From: the human T2T-CHM13v2.0 reference genome, Homo sapiens
Reading direction: 5' to 3' (one strand)
Length of the DNA stretch: 64,000 nucleotides
Assembly: GCF_009914755.1 (NCBI RefSeq)
Contig: NC_060944.1
Shown here piece after piece: positions 1 through 14,400 of this stretch (within the stretch, counting starts at the first letter, position 1; the number at the start of each line of letters is the position of its first letter). Under the pieces are notes generated by a model. That model searched no databases. It saw nothing but the letters and a program-made list of their open reading frames with translations, and had not been told where the DNA came from. A program made the translations under genes and the position numbers.

Positions 1-69
1 TTTGAAGGAGCAGTTTTGAAACACTGTTTTTGCGGAATCTGCAAGTGGATATTTGGCTAGCTGGGAGGA

Positions 70-86
70 TTTCGTTGGAAACGGGA
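70..86 (+). other. CENP-B box, monomer p (intact here; polymorphic across copies)
   Basis: TTTCGTTGGAAACGGGA matches the core NTTCGNNNNANNCGGGN. Confidence 0.93.
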
Positions 87-236
87 TTACATACAAAAAG
101 CAGAGAGCAGCATTCTCAGAAACTTCTTTGTGATGTTTGCATTCAAGTCACAGAGTTGAACATTCCCTTTCATAGAGCAGGTTTGAAACACTCTTTTTGT
201 AGTATCTGGATGTGGACATTTGGATCGCTTTCAGGC

Positions 237-253
237 CTATGGTGAAAAAGGAA
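237..253 (+). other. A-box (pJ-alpha-type motif) of monomer a; representative of A-type monomers
   Basis: CTATGGTGAAAAAGGAA lies at the position homologous to the CENP-B box in the alternate monomers. Motif recognised from recall; function uncertain. Confidence 0.7.
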
Positions 254-407
254 ATATCTTCCTATGAAAACTAGACAGAAGCATTCTCAGAAACTTATTT
301 GTGATGTGTGCCCTCAACTGACAGTGTTGAACCTTTGTTTTGATAGAGCAGTTCTGAAACACACTTTTTGTAATATCTGCAAGAGGATATTTGGATAGCT
401 TTGAGGA

Positions 408-424
408 TTTCGTTGGAAACGGGA
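408..424 (+). other. CENP-B box, monomer b (representative)
   Basis: TTTCGTTGGAAACGGGA. Confidence 0.93.
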
Positions 425-749
425 ATGTCTTCATGTAAACTCTAGACAGAAGCATTCTCAGAAACTGCTTTGGGATGTTTCAATTGAAGTCCCAGTGTTG
501 AACATTCCCTTTCATAGAGCAGGTTTGAAACACTCTTTTTGTACTATCTGGAAGTGGACATTTGGAGCGCTTTCAGGTCTACGGTGAAAAAGGAGATATC
601 TTCCAATAAAAACTAGATAGAAGCAATGTCAGAACTTTTTTCATGATGTATCTACTCAGCAAACAGAGTTGAACCTTTCTTTTGAGAGAGCAGTTTTGAA
701 ACACTCTTTTTGTGGAATATGCAAGTGGGTATTAGGCCAGCTTGGAGGA

Positions 750-766
750 TTTCGTTGGAAACGGGA
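750..766 (+). other. CENP-B box, monomer d (representative)
   Basis: TTTCGTTGGAAACGGGA. Confidence 0.93.
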
Positions 767-1087
767 ATACGTATAAAAAGCAGACAGCAGCATTGTCAGA
801 AACTACTTTGTGATGTTTGCATTCAAGTCACAGAATTGAACACTCCCTTTCACAGAGCAGGTTTGAAACACTCTTTTTGTAGTGTCTGTAAGTGAACATT
901 TGGATTGCTTTCAGGCCTAAGGTGAAAAAGGAAATATCTTCCCATAAAAACTAGACAGAAGCATTCTCAGAAACTTGTTTGTGATGTGTGCCCTCTACTG
1001 ACAGAGTTGAACCTTTCTTTGCAAAGAGCAGTTTTGAAACACTCTTTTTGTAGAATCTGCAAGAGGATATTTGGATAGCTTTGAGGA

Positions 1088-1104
1088 TTTCTTGGGAAAC
1101 GGGA
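1088..1104 (+). other. Degenerate CENP-B box, monomer f (core broken in all copies read)
   Basis: TTTCTTGGGAAACGGGA: core TTCG changed to TTCT. Confidence 0.88.
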
Positions 1105-1429
1105 ATGTCTTCAGATAAACTCTAGACAGAAGCATTCTCAGAAACTTCTTTGGGATGTTTCAATTGAAGTCACAGTGTTGAACATTCCCTTTCACAGAGC
1201 AGGTTTGAAACACTCTTTTTGTAGTGTCTATAAGTGAACATTTGGCGTGCTTTCAGGCCTAACGTGAAAAAGGAAATATCTTCCCATAAAAACTAGACAG
1301 AAGCATTCTCAGAAACTTGTTTGTGATGTGTGCCCTCTACTGACAGAGTTGAACCTTTCTTTGCAAAGAGCAGCTTTGAAACACTCTTTTTGTAGAATCT
1401 GCAAGAGGATATTTGGATAGCTTTGAGGA

Positions 1430-1446
1430 TTTCGTTGGAAACGGGT
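1430..1446 (+). other. CENP-B box, monomer h (representative)
   Basis: TTTCGTTGGAAACGGGT; the nine core positions are intact. Confidence 0.88.
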
Positions 1447-1770
1447 ATATCTTCAGATAAACTCTAGACAGAAGCATTCTCAGAAACTTCTTTGGGATGT
1501 TGCATTCAAGTCACAGAGTAGAACATTCCCATTCATAGAGCAGATTTGAAACACTCTTTTTGTAGTATCTGGAAGTGGACATTTGGAGCGCTTTCAGGCC
1601 TATGTTGAAAAAGGAAATATCTTCCCATAAAAACTAGACGGAAGCATTCTCAGAAACTTACTTGTGATGTGTTTGCTCAACTAACAGAATTGAACCATCG
1701 TTTTGAAGGAGCAGTTTTGAAACACTGTTTTCGTGGAATCTGCAAGTGGATATTTGGCTAGCTTTGAGGA

Positions 1771-1787
1771 TTTCGTTGGAAACGGGA
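1771..1787 (+). other. CENP-B box, monomer j (representative)
   Basis: TTTCGTTGGAAACGGGA. Confidence 0.93.
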
Positions 1788-2108
1788 TTACATATAAAAA
1801 GGAGACAGCAGCATTCTCAGAAACTTCTTTGTGATGTCTGCATTCAATTCACAGTGTTGAGCATTCCCTTTCATAGAGCAGGTTGGAAACACTCTTTTTG
1901 TAGTATCTGGATGAGGACATTTGGAGCGCTTTCAGGCCTATGGTGAAAAAGGAAATATCTTCCCGTAAAAACTAGACAGAAGCATTCTGAGAAGTTTATT
2001 TGTGATGTGTGCCCTCAACTAACAGAGTTGAACCTTTCTTTTGATAGAGCAGTTTTGAAACACTCTTTTTGTAAAATCTGCAAGAGGATATTTGGATAGC
2101 TTTGAGGA

Positions 2109-2125
2109 TTTCATTGCAAACGGGA
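2109..2125 (+). other. CENP-B box position, monomer l (broken in this copy; core intact in others)
   Basis: TTTCATTGCAAACGGGA here versus TTTCGTTGCAAACGGGA at e.g. 7547-7563. Confidence 0.88.
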
Positions 2126-2450
2126 ATGGCTTCATATAAACTCTAGACAGAAGCATTCTCAGAAACTTCTTTGGGATGTTTCGATTGAAGTCCCAGTGTT
2201 GAACATTCCCTTTTATAGAGCAGGTTGGAAACACTCTTTCTGCATTCCCTGGAAGTGGACATTTGGAGCGCTTTCAGGACGACGGTGAAAATGGAAATAT
2301 CTTCCAATAAAATCTAGATAGAAGCAACGTCAGAAACTTTTATGTGATGGATCTACTCAGCTAAGAGAGTTGAACCTTTCTTTTGAGAGAGCAGTTTTGC
2401 AACACTCTTTTTGTGGAATATGCAAGTGGATATTAGGGCAGCTTTGAGGA

Positions 2451-2467
2451 TTTCGTTGGAAACGGGA
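2451..2467 (+). other. CENP-B box, monomer n (representative)
   Basis: TTTCGTTGGAAACGGGA. Confidence 0.93.
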
Positions 2468-5400
2468 ATACATGTAAAAAGCAGACAGCAGCATTCTCAG
2501 AAACTTCTTTGTGATGTTTGCATTGAAGTCACAGAGTTGAACATTCCCTTTGAGAGAGCAGGTTTGAAACACGCCTTTTGTCATATCTGGAAGTGTCCAT
2601 TCGGAGCGCATTCAGGCTTGTGTTGAAAAAGGAAATATCCTCCCATAAAAACTATACAGAAGCATTCTCAGAAACATATTTGTGATGTATGTACTCAACT
2701 AACGGAACTAAACCATCGTTTTGAAGGAGCAGTTTTGAAACACTGTTTTTGCGGAATCTGCAAGTGGATATTTGGCTAGCTGGGAGGATTTCGTTGGAAA
2801 CCGGATTACATACAAAAAGCAGAGAGCAGCATTCTCAGAAACTTCTTTGTGATGTTTGCATTCAAGTCACAGAGTTGAACATTCCCTTTCATAGAGCAGG
2901 TTTGAAACACTCTTTTTGTAGTATCTGGATGTGGACATTTGGATCGCTTTCAGGCCTATGGTGAAAAAGGAAATATCTTCCCATGAAAACTAGACAGAAG
3001 CATTCTCAGAAACTTATTTGTGATGTGTGCCCTCAACTGACAGTGTTGAACCTTTGTTTTGATAGAGCAGTTCTGAAACACACTTTTTGTAATATCTGCA
3101 AGAGGATATTTGGATAGCTTTGAGGATTTCGTTGGAAACGGGAATGTCTTCATGTAAACTCTAGACAGAAGCATTCTCAGAAACTGCTTTGGGATGTTTC
3201 AATTGAAGTCCCAGTGTTGAACATTCCCTTTCATAGAGCAGGTTTGAAACACTCTTTTTGTACTATCTGGAAGTGGACATTTGGAGCGCTTTCAGGTCTA
3301 CGGTGAAAAAGGAGATATCTTCCAATAAAAACTAGATAGAAGCAATGTCAGAACTTTTTTCATGATGTATCTACTCAGCAAACAGAGTTGAACCTTTCTT
3401 TTGAGAGAGCAGTTTTGAAACACTCTTTTTGTGGAATATGCAAGTGGGTATTAGGCCGGCTTGGAGGATTTCGTTGGAAACGGGAATACGTATAAAAAGC
3501 AGACAGCAGCATTGTCAGAAACTACTTTGTGATGTTTGCATTCAAGTCACAGAATTGAACACTCCCTTTCACAGAGCAGGTTTGAAACACTCTTTTTGTA
3601 GTGTCTGTAAGTGAACATTTGGATTGCTTTCAGGCCTAAGGTGAAAAAGGAAATATCTTCCCATAAAAACTAGACAGAAGCATTCTCAGAAACTTGTTTG
3701 TGATGTGTGCCCTCTACTGACAGAGTTGAACCTTTCTTTGCAAAGAGCAGTTTTGAAACACTCTTTTTGTAGAATCTGCAAGAGGATATTTGGATAGCTT
3801 TGAGGATTTCTTGGGAAACGGGAATGTCTTCAGATAAACTCTAGACAGAAGCATTCTCAGAAACTTCTTTGGGATGTTTCAATTGAAGTCACAGTGTTGA
3901 ACATTCCCTTTCACAGAGCAGGTTTGAAACACTCTTTTTGTAGTGTCTATAAGTGAACATTTGGCGGGCTTTCAGGCCTAAGGTGAAAAAGGAAATATCT
4001 TCCCATAAAAACTAGACAGAAGCATTCTCAGAAACTTGTTTGTGATGTGTGCCCTCTACTGACAGAGTTGAACCTTTCTTTGCAAAGAGCAGCTTTGAAA
4101 CACTCTTTTTGTAGAATCTGCAAGAGGATATTTGGATAGCTTGGAGGATTTCGTTGGAAACGGGTATATCTTCAGATAAACTCTAGACAGAAGCATTCTC
4201 AGAAACTTCTTTGGGATGTTGCATTCAAGTCACAGAGTAGAACATTCCCATTCATAGAGCAGATTTGAAACACTCTTTTTGTAGTATCTGGAAGTGGACA
4301 TTTGGAGCGCTTTCAGGCCTATGTTGAAAAAGGAAATATCTTCCCATAAAAACTAGACGGAAGCATTCTCAGAAACTTACTTGTGATGTGTTTGCTCAAC
4401 TAACAGAATTGAACCATCGTTTTGAAGGAGCAGTTTTGAAACACTGTTTTCGTGGAATCTGCAAGTGGATATTTGGCTAGCTTTGAGGATTTCGTTGGAA
4501 ACGGGATTACATATAAAAAGGAGACAGCAGCATTCTCAGAAACTTCTTTGTGATGTCTGCATTCAATTCACAGTGTTGAGCATTCCCTTTCATAGAGCAG
4601 GTTGGAAACACTCTTTTTGTAGTATCTGGATGAGGACATTTGGAGCGCTTTCAGGCCTATGGTGAAAAAGGAAATATCTTCCCGTAAAAACTAGACAGAA
4701 GCATTCTCAGAAGTTTATTTGTGATGTGTGCCCTCAACTAACAGAGTTGAACCTTTCTTTTGATAGAGCAGTTTTGAAACACTCTTTTTGTAAAATCTGC
4801 AAGAGGATATTTGGATAGCTTTGAGGATTTCATTGCAAACGGGAATGGCTTCATATAAACTCTAGACAGAAGCATTCTCAGAAACTTCTTTGGGATGTTT
4901 CGATTGAAGTCCCAGTGTTGAACATTCCCTTTTATAGAGCAGGTTGGAAACACTCTTTCTGCATTCCCTGGAAGTGGACATTTGGAGCGCTTTCAGGACG
5001 ACGGTGAAAATGGAAATATCTTCCAATAAAATCTAGATAGAAGCAACGTCAGAAACTTTTATGTGATGGATCTACTCAGCTAAGAGAGTTGAACCTTTCT
5101 TTTGAGAGAGCAGTTTTGCAACACTCTTTTTGTGGAATATGCAAGTGGATATTAGGGCAGCTTTGAGGATTTCGTTGGAAACGGGAATACATGTAAAAAG
5201 CAGACAGCAGCATTCTCAGAAACTTCTTTGTGATGTTTGCATTGAAGTCACAGAGTTGAACATTCCCTTTGAGAGAGCAGGTTTGAAACACGCCTTTTGT
5301 CATATCTGGAAGTGTCCATTCGGAGCGCATTCAGGCTTGTGTTGAAAAAGGAAATATCCTCCCATAAAAACTATACAGAAGCATTCTCAGAAACATATTT

Positions 5401-8400
5401 GTGATGTATGTACTCAACTAACGGAACTAAACCATCGTTTTGAAGGAGCAGTTTTGAAACACTGTTTTTGCGGAATCTGCAAGTGGATATTTGGCTAGCT
5501 GGGAGGATTTCGTTGGAAACCGGATTACATACAAAAAGCAGAGAGCAGCATTCTCAGAAACTTCTTTGTGATGTTTGCATTCAAGTCACAGAGTTGAACA
5601 TTCCCTTTCATAGAGCAGGTTTGAAACACTCTTTTTGTAGTATCTGGATGTGGACATTTGGATCGCTTTCAGGCCTATGGTGAAAAAGGAAATATCTTCC
5701 CATGAAAACTAGACAGAAGCATTCTCAGAAACTTATTTGTGATGTGTGCCCTCAACTGACAGTGTTGAACCTTTGTTTTGATAGAGCAGTTCTGAAACAC
5801 ACTTTTTGTAATATCTGCAAGAGGATATTTGGATAGCTTTGAGGATTTCGTTGGAAACGGGAATGTCTTCATGTAAACTCTAGACAGAAGCATTCTCAGA
5901 AACTGCTTTGGGATGTTTCAATTGAAGTCCCAGTGTTGAACATTCCCTTTCATAGAGCAGGTTTGAAACACTCTTTTTGTACTATCTGGAAGTGGACATT
6001 TGGAGCGCTTTCAGGTCTACGGTGAAAAAGGAGATATCTTCCAATAAAAACTAGATAGAAGCAATGTCAGAACTTTTTTCATGATGTATCTACTCAGCAA
6101 ACAGAGTTGAACCTTTCTTTTGAGAGAGCAGTTTTGAAACACTCTTTTTGTGGAATATGCAAGTGGGTATTAGGCCAGCTTGGAGGATTTCGTTGGAAAC
6201 GGGAATACGTATAAAAAGCAGACAGCAGCATTGTCAGAAACTACTTTGTGATGTTTGCATTCAAGTCACAGAATTGAACACTCCCTTTCACAGAGCAGGT
6301 TTGAAACACTCTTTTTGTAGTGTCTGTAAGTGAACATTTGGATTGCTTTCAGGCCTAAGGTGAAAAAGGATATATCTTCCCATAAAAACTAGACAGAAGC
6401 ATTCTCAGAAACTTGTTTGTGATGTGTGCCCTCTACTGACAGAGTTGAACCTTTCTTTGTAAAGAGCAGTTTTGAAACACTCTTTTTGTAGAATCTGCAA
6501 GAGGATATTTGGATAGCTTTGAGGATTTCTTGGGAAACGGGAATGTCTTCAGATAAACTCTAGACAGAAGCATTCTCAGAAACTTCGTTGGGATGTTTCA
6601 ATGGAAGTCACAGTGTTGAACATTCCCTTTCACAGAGCAGGTTTGAAACACTCTTTTTGTAGTGTCTATAAGTGAACATTTGGCGTGCTTTCAGGCCTAA
6701 CGTGAAAAAGGAAATATCTTCCCATAAAAACTAGACAGAAGCATTCTCAGAAACTTGTTCGTGATGTGTGCCCTCTACTGACAGAGTTGAACCTTTCTTT
6801 GCAAAGAGCAGCTTTGAAACACTCTTTTTGTAGAATCTGCAAGAGGATATTTGGATAGCTTTGAGGATTTCGTTGGAAACGGGTATGTCTTAAGATAAAC
6901 TCTAGACAGAAGCATTCTCAGAAACTTCTTTGGGATGTTGCATACAAGTCACAGAGTAGAACATTCCCATTCATAGAGCAGATTTGAAACACTCTTTTTG
7001 TAGTATCTGGAAGTGGACATTTGGAGCGCTTTCAGGCCTATGTTGAAAAAGGAAATATCTTCCCATAAAAACTAGACCGAAGCATTCTCAGAAACTTACT
7101 TGTGATGTGTTTGCTCAACTAACAGAATTGAACCATCGTTTTGAAGGAGCAGTTTTGAAACACTGTTTTCGTGGAATCTGCAAGTGGATATTTGGCTAGC
7201 TTTGAGGATTTCGTTGGAAACGGGATTACATATAAAAAGGAGACAGCAGCATTCTCAGAAACTTCTTTGTGATGTCTGCATTCAAGTCACAGGGTTGAGC
7301 ATTCCCTTTCATAGAGCAGGTTGGAAACACTCTTTTTGTAGTATCTGGATGAGGACATTTGGAGCGCTTTCAGGCGTATGGTGAAAAAGGAAATATCTTC
7401 CCGTAAAAACTAGACAGAAGCATTCTCAGAAATTTATTTGTGATGTGTGCCCTCAACTAACAGAGTTGAACCTTTCTTTTGATAGAGCAGTTTTGAAACA
7501 CTCTTTTTGTAAAATCTGCAAGAGGATATTTGGATAGCTTTGAGGATTTCGTTGCAAACGGGAATGGCTTCATATAAACTCTAGACAGAAGCATTCTCAG
7601 AAACTTCTTTGGGATGTTTCGATTGAAGTCCCAGTGTTGAACATTCCCTTTTATAGAGCAGGTTGGAAACACTCTTTCTGCATTCCCTGGAAGTGGACAT
7701 TTGGAGCGCTTTCAGGACGACGGTGAAAATGGAAATATCTTCCAATAAAATCTAGATAGAAGCAACGTCAGAAACTTTTATGTGATGGATCTACTCAGCT
7801 AACAGAGTTGAACCTTTCTTTTGAGAGAGCAGTTTTGCAACACTCTTTTTGTGGAATATGCAAGTGGATATTAGGGCAGCTTTGAGGATTTCGTTGGAAA
7901 CGGGAATACATGTAAAAAGCAGACAGCAGCATTCTCAGAAACTTCTTTGTGATGTTTGCATTGAAGTCACAGAGTTGAACATTCCATTTGAGAGAGCAGG
8001 ATTGAAACACGCCTTTTGTCATATCTGGAAGTGTCCATTCGGAGCGCATTCAGGCTTGTGTTGAAAAAGGAAATATCCTCCCATAAAAACTATACAGAAG
8101 CATTCTCAGAAACTTATCTGTGATGTATGTACTCAACTAACAGAACTAAACCATCGTTTTGAAGGAGCAGTTTTGAAACACTGTTTTTGCGGAATCTGCA
8201 AGTGGATATTTGGCTAGCTGGGAGGATTTCGTTGGAAACGGGATTACATACAAAAAGCAGAGAGCAGCATTCTCAGAAACTTCTTTGTGATGTTTGCATT
8301 CAAGTCACAGAGTTGAACATTCCCTTTCATAGAGCAGGTTTGAAACACTCTTTTTGTAGTATCTGGATGTGGACATTTGGATCGCTTTCAGGCCTATGGT

Positions 8401-11400
8401 GAAAAAGGAAATATCTTCCTATGAAAACTAGACAGAAGCATTCTCAGAAACTTATTTGTGATGTGTGCCCTCAACTGACAGTGTTGAACCTTTGTTTTGA
8501 TAGAGCAGTTCTGAAACACACTTTTTGTAATATCTGCAAGAGGATATTTGGATAGCTTTGAGGATTTCGTTGGAAACGGGAATGTCTTCATGTAAACTCT
8601 AGACAGAAGCATTCTCAGAAACTGCTTTGGGATGTTTCAATTGAAGTCCCAGTGTTGAACATTCCCTTTCATAGAGCAGGTTTGAAACACTCTTTTTGTA
8701 CTATCTGGAAGTGGACATTTGGAGCGCTTTCAGGTCTACGGTGAAAAAGGAGATATCTTCCAATAAAAACTAGATAGAAGCAATGTCAGAACTTTTTTCA
8801 TGATGTATCTACTCAGCAAACAGAGTTGAACCTTTCTTTTGAGAGAGCAGTTTTGAAACACTCTTTTTGTGGAATATGCAAGTGGGTATTAGGCCAGCTT
8901 GGAGGATTTCGTTGGAAACGGGAATACGTATAAAAAGCAGACAGCAGCATTGTCAGAAACTACTTTGTGATGTTTGCATTCAAGTCACAGAATTGAACAC
9001 TCCCTTTCACAGAGCAGGTTTGAAACACTCTTTTTGTAGTGTCTGTAAGTGAACATTTGGATTGCTTTCAGGCCTAAGGTGAAAAAGGAAATATCTTCCC
9101 ATAAAAACTAGACAGAAGCATTCTCAGAAACTTGTTTGTGATGTGTGCCCTCTACTGACAGAGTTGAACCTTTCTTTGCAAAGAGCAGTTTTGAAACACT
9201 CTTTTTGTAGAATCTGCAAGAGGATATTTGGATAGCTTTGAGGATTTTTTGGGAAACGGGAATGTCTTCAGATAAACTCTAGACAGAAGCATTCTCAGAA
9301 ACTTCTTTGGGATGTTTCAATTGAAGTCACAGTGTTGAACATTCCCTTTCACAGAGCAGGTTTGAAACACTCTTTTTGTAGTGTCTATAAGTGAACATTT
9401 GGCGTGCTTTCAGGCCTAACGTGAAAAAGGAAATATCTTCCCATAAAAACTAGACAGAAGCATTCTCAGAAACTTGTTCGTGATGTGTGCCCTCTACTGA
9501 CAGAGTTGAACCTTTCTTTGCAAAGAGCAGCTTTGAAACACTCTTTTTGTAGAATCTGCAAGAGGATATTTGGATAGCTTGGAGGATTTCGTTGGAAACG
9601 GGTATGTCTTCAGATAAACTCTAGACAGAAGCATTCTCAGAAACTTCTTTGGGATGTTGCATACAAGTCACAGAGTAGAACATTCCCATTCATAGAGCAG
9701 ATTTGAAACACTCTTTTTGTAGTATCTGGAAGTGGACATTTGGAGCGCTTTCAGGCCTATGTTGAAAAAGGAAATATCTTCCCATAAAAACTAGATGGAA
9801 GCATTCTCAGAAACTTACTTGTGATGTGTTTGCTCAACTAACAGAATTGAACCATCGTTTTGAAGGAGCAGTTTTGAAACACTGTTTTCGTGGAATCTGC
9901 AAGTGGATATTTGGCTAGCTTTGAGGATTTCGTTGGAAACGGGATTACATATAAAAAGGAGACAGCAGCATTCTCAGAAACTTCTTTGTGATGTCTGCAT
10001 TCAAGTCACAGGGTTGAGCATTCCCTTTCATAGAGCAGGTTGGAAACACTCTTTTTGTAGTATCTGGATGAGGACATTTGGAGCGCTTTCAGGCGTATGG
10101 TGAAAAAGGAAATATCTTCCCGTAAAAACTAGACAGAAGCATTCTCAGAAATTTATTTGTGATGTGTGCCCTCAACTAACAGAGTTGAACCTTTCTTTTG
10201 ATAGAGCAGTTTTGAAACACTCTTTTTGTAAAATCTGCAAGAGGATATTTGGATAGCTTTGAGGATTTCGTTGCAAACGGGAATGGCTTCATATAAACTC
10301 TAGACAGAAGCATTCTCAGACACTTCTTTGGGATGTTTCGATTGAAGTCCCAGTGTTGAACATTCCCTTTTATAGAGCAGGTTGGAAACACTCTTTCTGC
10401 ATTCCCTGGAAGTGGACATTTGGAGCGCTTTCAGGACGACGGTGAAAATGGAAATATCTTCCAATAAAATCTAGATAGAAGCAACGTCAGAAACTTTTAT
10501 GTGATGGATCTACTCAGCTAACAGAGTTGAACCTTTCTTTTGAGAGAGCAGTTTTGCAACACTCTTTTTGTGGAATATGCAAGTGGATATTAGGGCAGCT
10601 TTGAGGATTTCGTTGGAAACGGGAATACATGTAAAAAGCAGACAGCAGCATTCTCAGAAACTTCTTTGTGATGTTTGCATTGAAGTCACAGAGTTGAACA
10701 TTCCATTTGAGAGAGCAGGATTGAAACACGCCTTTTGTCATATCTGGAAGTGTCCATTCGGAGCGCATTCAGGCTTGTGTTGAAAAAGGAAATATCCTCC
10801 CATAAAAACTAGACAGAAGCATTCTCAGAAACTTATTTGTGATGTATGTACTCAACTAACAGAACTAAACCATCGTTTTGAAGGAGCAGTTTTGAAACAC
10901 TGTTTTTGCGGAATCTGCAAGTGGATATTTGGCTAGCTGGGAGGATTTCGTTGGAAACGGGATTACATACAAAAAGCAGAGAGCAGCATTCTCAGAAACT
11001 TCTTTGTGATGTTTGCATTCAAGTCACAGAGTTGAACATTCCCTTTCATAGAGCAGGTTTGAAACACTCTTTTTGTAATATCTGGATGTGGACATTTGGA
11101 TCGCTTTCAGGCCTATGGTGAAAAAGGAAATATCTTCCCATGAAAACTAGACAGAAGCATTCTCAGAAACTTATTTGTGATGTGTGCCCTCAACTGACAG
11201 TGTTGAACCTTTGTTTTGATAGAGCAGTTCTGAAACACACTTTTTGTAAAATCTGCAAGAGGATATTTGGATAGCTTTGAGGATTTCGTTGGAAACGGGA
11301 ATGTCTTCATGTAAACTCTAGACAGAAGCATTCTCAGAAACTGCTTTGGGATGTTTCAATTGAAGTCCCAGTGTTGAACATTCCCTTTCATAGAGCAGGT

Positions 11401-14400
11401 TTGAAACACTCTTTTTGTACTATCTGGAAGTGGACATTTGGAGCGCTTTCAGGTCTACGGTGAAAAAGGAGATATCTTCCAATAAAAACTAGATAGAAGC
11501 AATGTCAGAACTTTTTTTCATGATGTATCTACTCAGCAAACAGAGTTGAACCTTTCTTTTGAGAGAGCAGTTTTGAAACACTCTTTTTGTGGAATATGCA
11601 AGTGGGTATTAGGCCGGCTTGGAGGATTTCGTTGGAAACGGGAATACGTATAAAAAGCAGACAGCAGCATTGTCAGAAACTACTTTGTGATGTTTGCATT
11701 CAAGTCACAGAATTGAACACTCCCTTTCACAGAGCAGGTTTGAAACACTCTTTTTGTAGTGTCTGTAAGTGAACATTTGGATTGCTTTCAGGCCTAAGGT
11801 GAAAAAGGAAATATCTTCCCATAAAAACTAGACAGAAGCATTCTCAGAAACTTGTTTGTGATGTGTGCCCTCTACTGACAGAGTTGAACCTTTCTTTGCA
11901 AAGAGCAGTTTTGAAACACTCTTTTTGTAGAATCTGCAAGAGGATATTTGGATAGCTTTGAGGATTTCTTGGGAAACGGGAATGTCTTCAGATAAACTCT
12001 AGACAGAAGCATTCTCAGAAACTTCTTTGGGATGTTTCAATTGAAGTCACAGTGTTGAACATTCCCTTTCACAGAGCAGGTTTGAAACACTCTTTTTGTA
12101 GTGTCTATAAGTGAACATTTGGCGGGCTTTCAGGCCTAAGGTGAAAAAGGAAATATCTTCCCATAAAAACTAGACAGAAGCATTCTCAGAAACTTGTTTG
12201 TGATGTGTGCCCTCTACTGACAGAGTTGAACCTTTCTTTGCAAAGAGCAGCTTTGAAACACTCTTTTTGTAGAATCTGCAAGAGGATATTTGGATAGCTT
12301 TGAGGATTTCGTTGGAAACGGGTATATCTTCAGATAAACTCTAGACAGAAGCATTCTCAGAAACTTCTTTGGGATGTTGCATTCAAGTCACAGAGTAGAA
12401 CATTCCCATTCATAGAGCAGATTTGAAACACTCTTTTTGTAGTATCTGGAAGTGGACATTTGGAGCGCTTTCAGGCCTATGTTGAAAAAGGAAATATCTT
12501 CCCATAAAAACTAGACGGAAGCATTCTCAGAAACTTACTTGTGATGTGTTTGCTCAACTAACAGAATTGAACCATCGTTTTGAAGGAGCAGTTTTGAAAC
12601 ACTGTTTTCGTGGAATCTGCAAGTGGATATTTGGCTAGCTTTGAGGATTTCGTTGGAAACGGGATTACATATAAAAAGGAGACAGCAGCATTCTCAGAAA
12701 CTTCTTTGTGATGTCTGCATTCAATTCACAGTGTTGAGCATTCCCTTTCATAGAGCAGGTTGGAAACACTCTTTTTGTAGTATCTGGATGAGGACATTTG
12801 GAGCGCTTTCAGGCCTATGGTGAAAAAGGAAATATCTTCCCGTAAAAACTAGACAGAAGCATTCTGAGAAGTTTATTTGTGATGTGTGCCCTCAACTAAC
12901 AGAGTTGAACCTTTCTTTTGATAGAGCAGTTTTGAAACACTCTTTTTGTAAAATCTGCAAGAGGATATTTGGATAGCTTTGAGGATTTCATTGCAAACGG
13001 GAATGGCTTCATATAAACTCTAGACAGAAGCATTCTCAGAAACTTCTTTGGGATGTTTCGATTGAAGTCCCAGTGTTGAACATTCCCTTTTATAGAGCAG
13101 GTTGGAAACACTCTTTCTGCATTCCCTGGAAGTGGACATTTGGAGCGCTTTCAGGACGACGGTGAAAATGGAAATATCTTCCAATAAAATCTAGATAGAA
13201 GCAACGTCAGAAACTTTTATGTGATGGATCTACTCAGCTAAGAGAGTTGAACCTTTCTTTTGAGAGAGCAGTTTTGCAACACTCTTTTTGTGGAATATGC
13301 AAGTGGATATTAGGGCAGCTTTGAGGATTTCGTTGGAAACGGGAATACATGTAAAAAGCAAACAGCAGCATTCTCAGAAACTTCTTTGTGATGTTTGCAT
13401 TGAAGTCACAGAGTTGAACATTCCCTTTGAGAGAGCAGGTTTGAAACACGCCTTTTGTCATATCTGGAAGTGTCCATTCGGAGCGCATTCAGGCTTGTGT
13501 TGAAAAAGGAAATATCCTCCCATAAAAACTATACAGAAGCATTCTCAGAAACATGTTTGTGATGTATGTACTCAACTAACGGAACTAAACCATCGTTTTG
13601 AAGGAGCAGTTTTGAAACACTGTTTTTGCGGAATCTGCAAGTGGATATTTGGCTAGCTGGGAGGATTTCGTTGGAAACCGGATTACATACAAAAAGCAGA
13701 GAGCAGCATTCTCAGAAACTTCTTTGTGATGTTTGCATTCAAGTCACAGAGTTGAACATTCCCTTTCATAGAGCAGGTTTGAAACACTCTTTTTGTAGTA
13801 TCTGGATGTGGACATTTGGATCGCTTTCAGGCCTATGGTGAAAAAGGAAATATCTTCCCATGAAAACTAGACAGAAGCATTCTCAGAAACTTATTTGTGA
13901 TGTGTGCCCTCAACTGACAGTGTTGAACCTTTGTTTTGATAGAGCAGTTCTGAAACACACTTTTTGTAATATCTGCAAGAGGATATTTGGATAGCTTTGA
14001 GGATTTCGTTGGAAACGGGAATGTCTTCATGTAAACTCTAGACAGAAGCATTCTCAGAAACTGCTTTGGGATGTTTCAATTGAAGTCCCAGTGTTGAACA
14101 TTCCCTTTCATAGAGCAGGTTTGAAACACTCTTTTTGTACTATCTGGAAGTGGACATTTGGAGCGCTTTCAGGTCTACGGTGAAAAAGGAGATATCTTCC
14201 AATAAAAACTAGATAGAAGCAATGTCAGAACTTTTTTCATGATGTATCTACTCAGCAAACAGAGTTGAACCTTTCTTTTGAGAGAGCAGTTTTGAAACAC
14301 TCTTTTTGTGGAATATACAAGTGGGTATTAGGCCGGCTTGGAGGATTTCGTTGGAAACGGGAATACGTATAAAAAGCAGACAGCAGCATTGTCAGAAACT

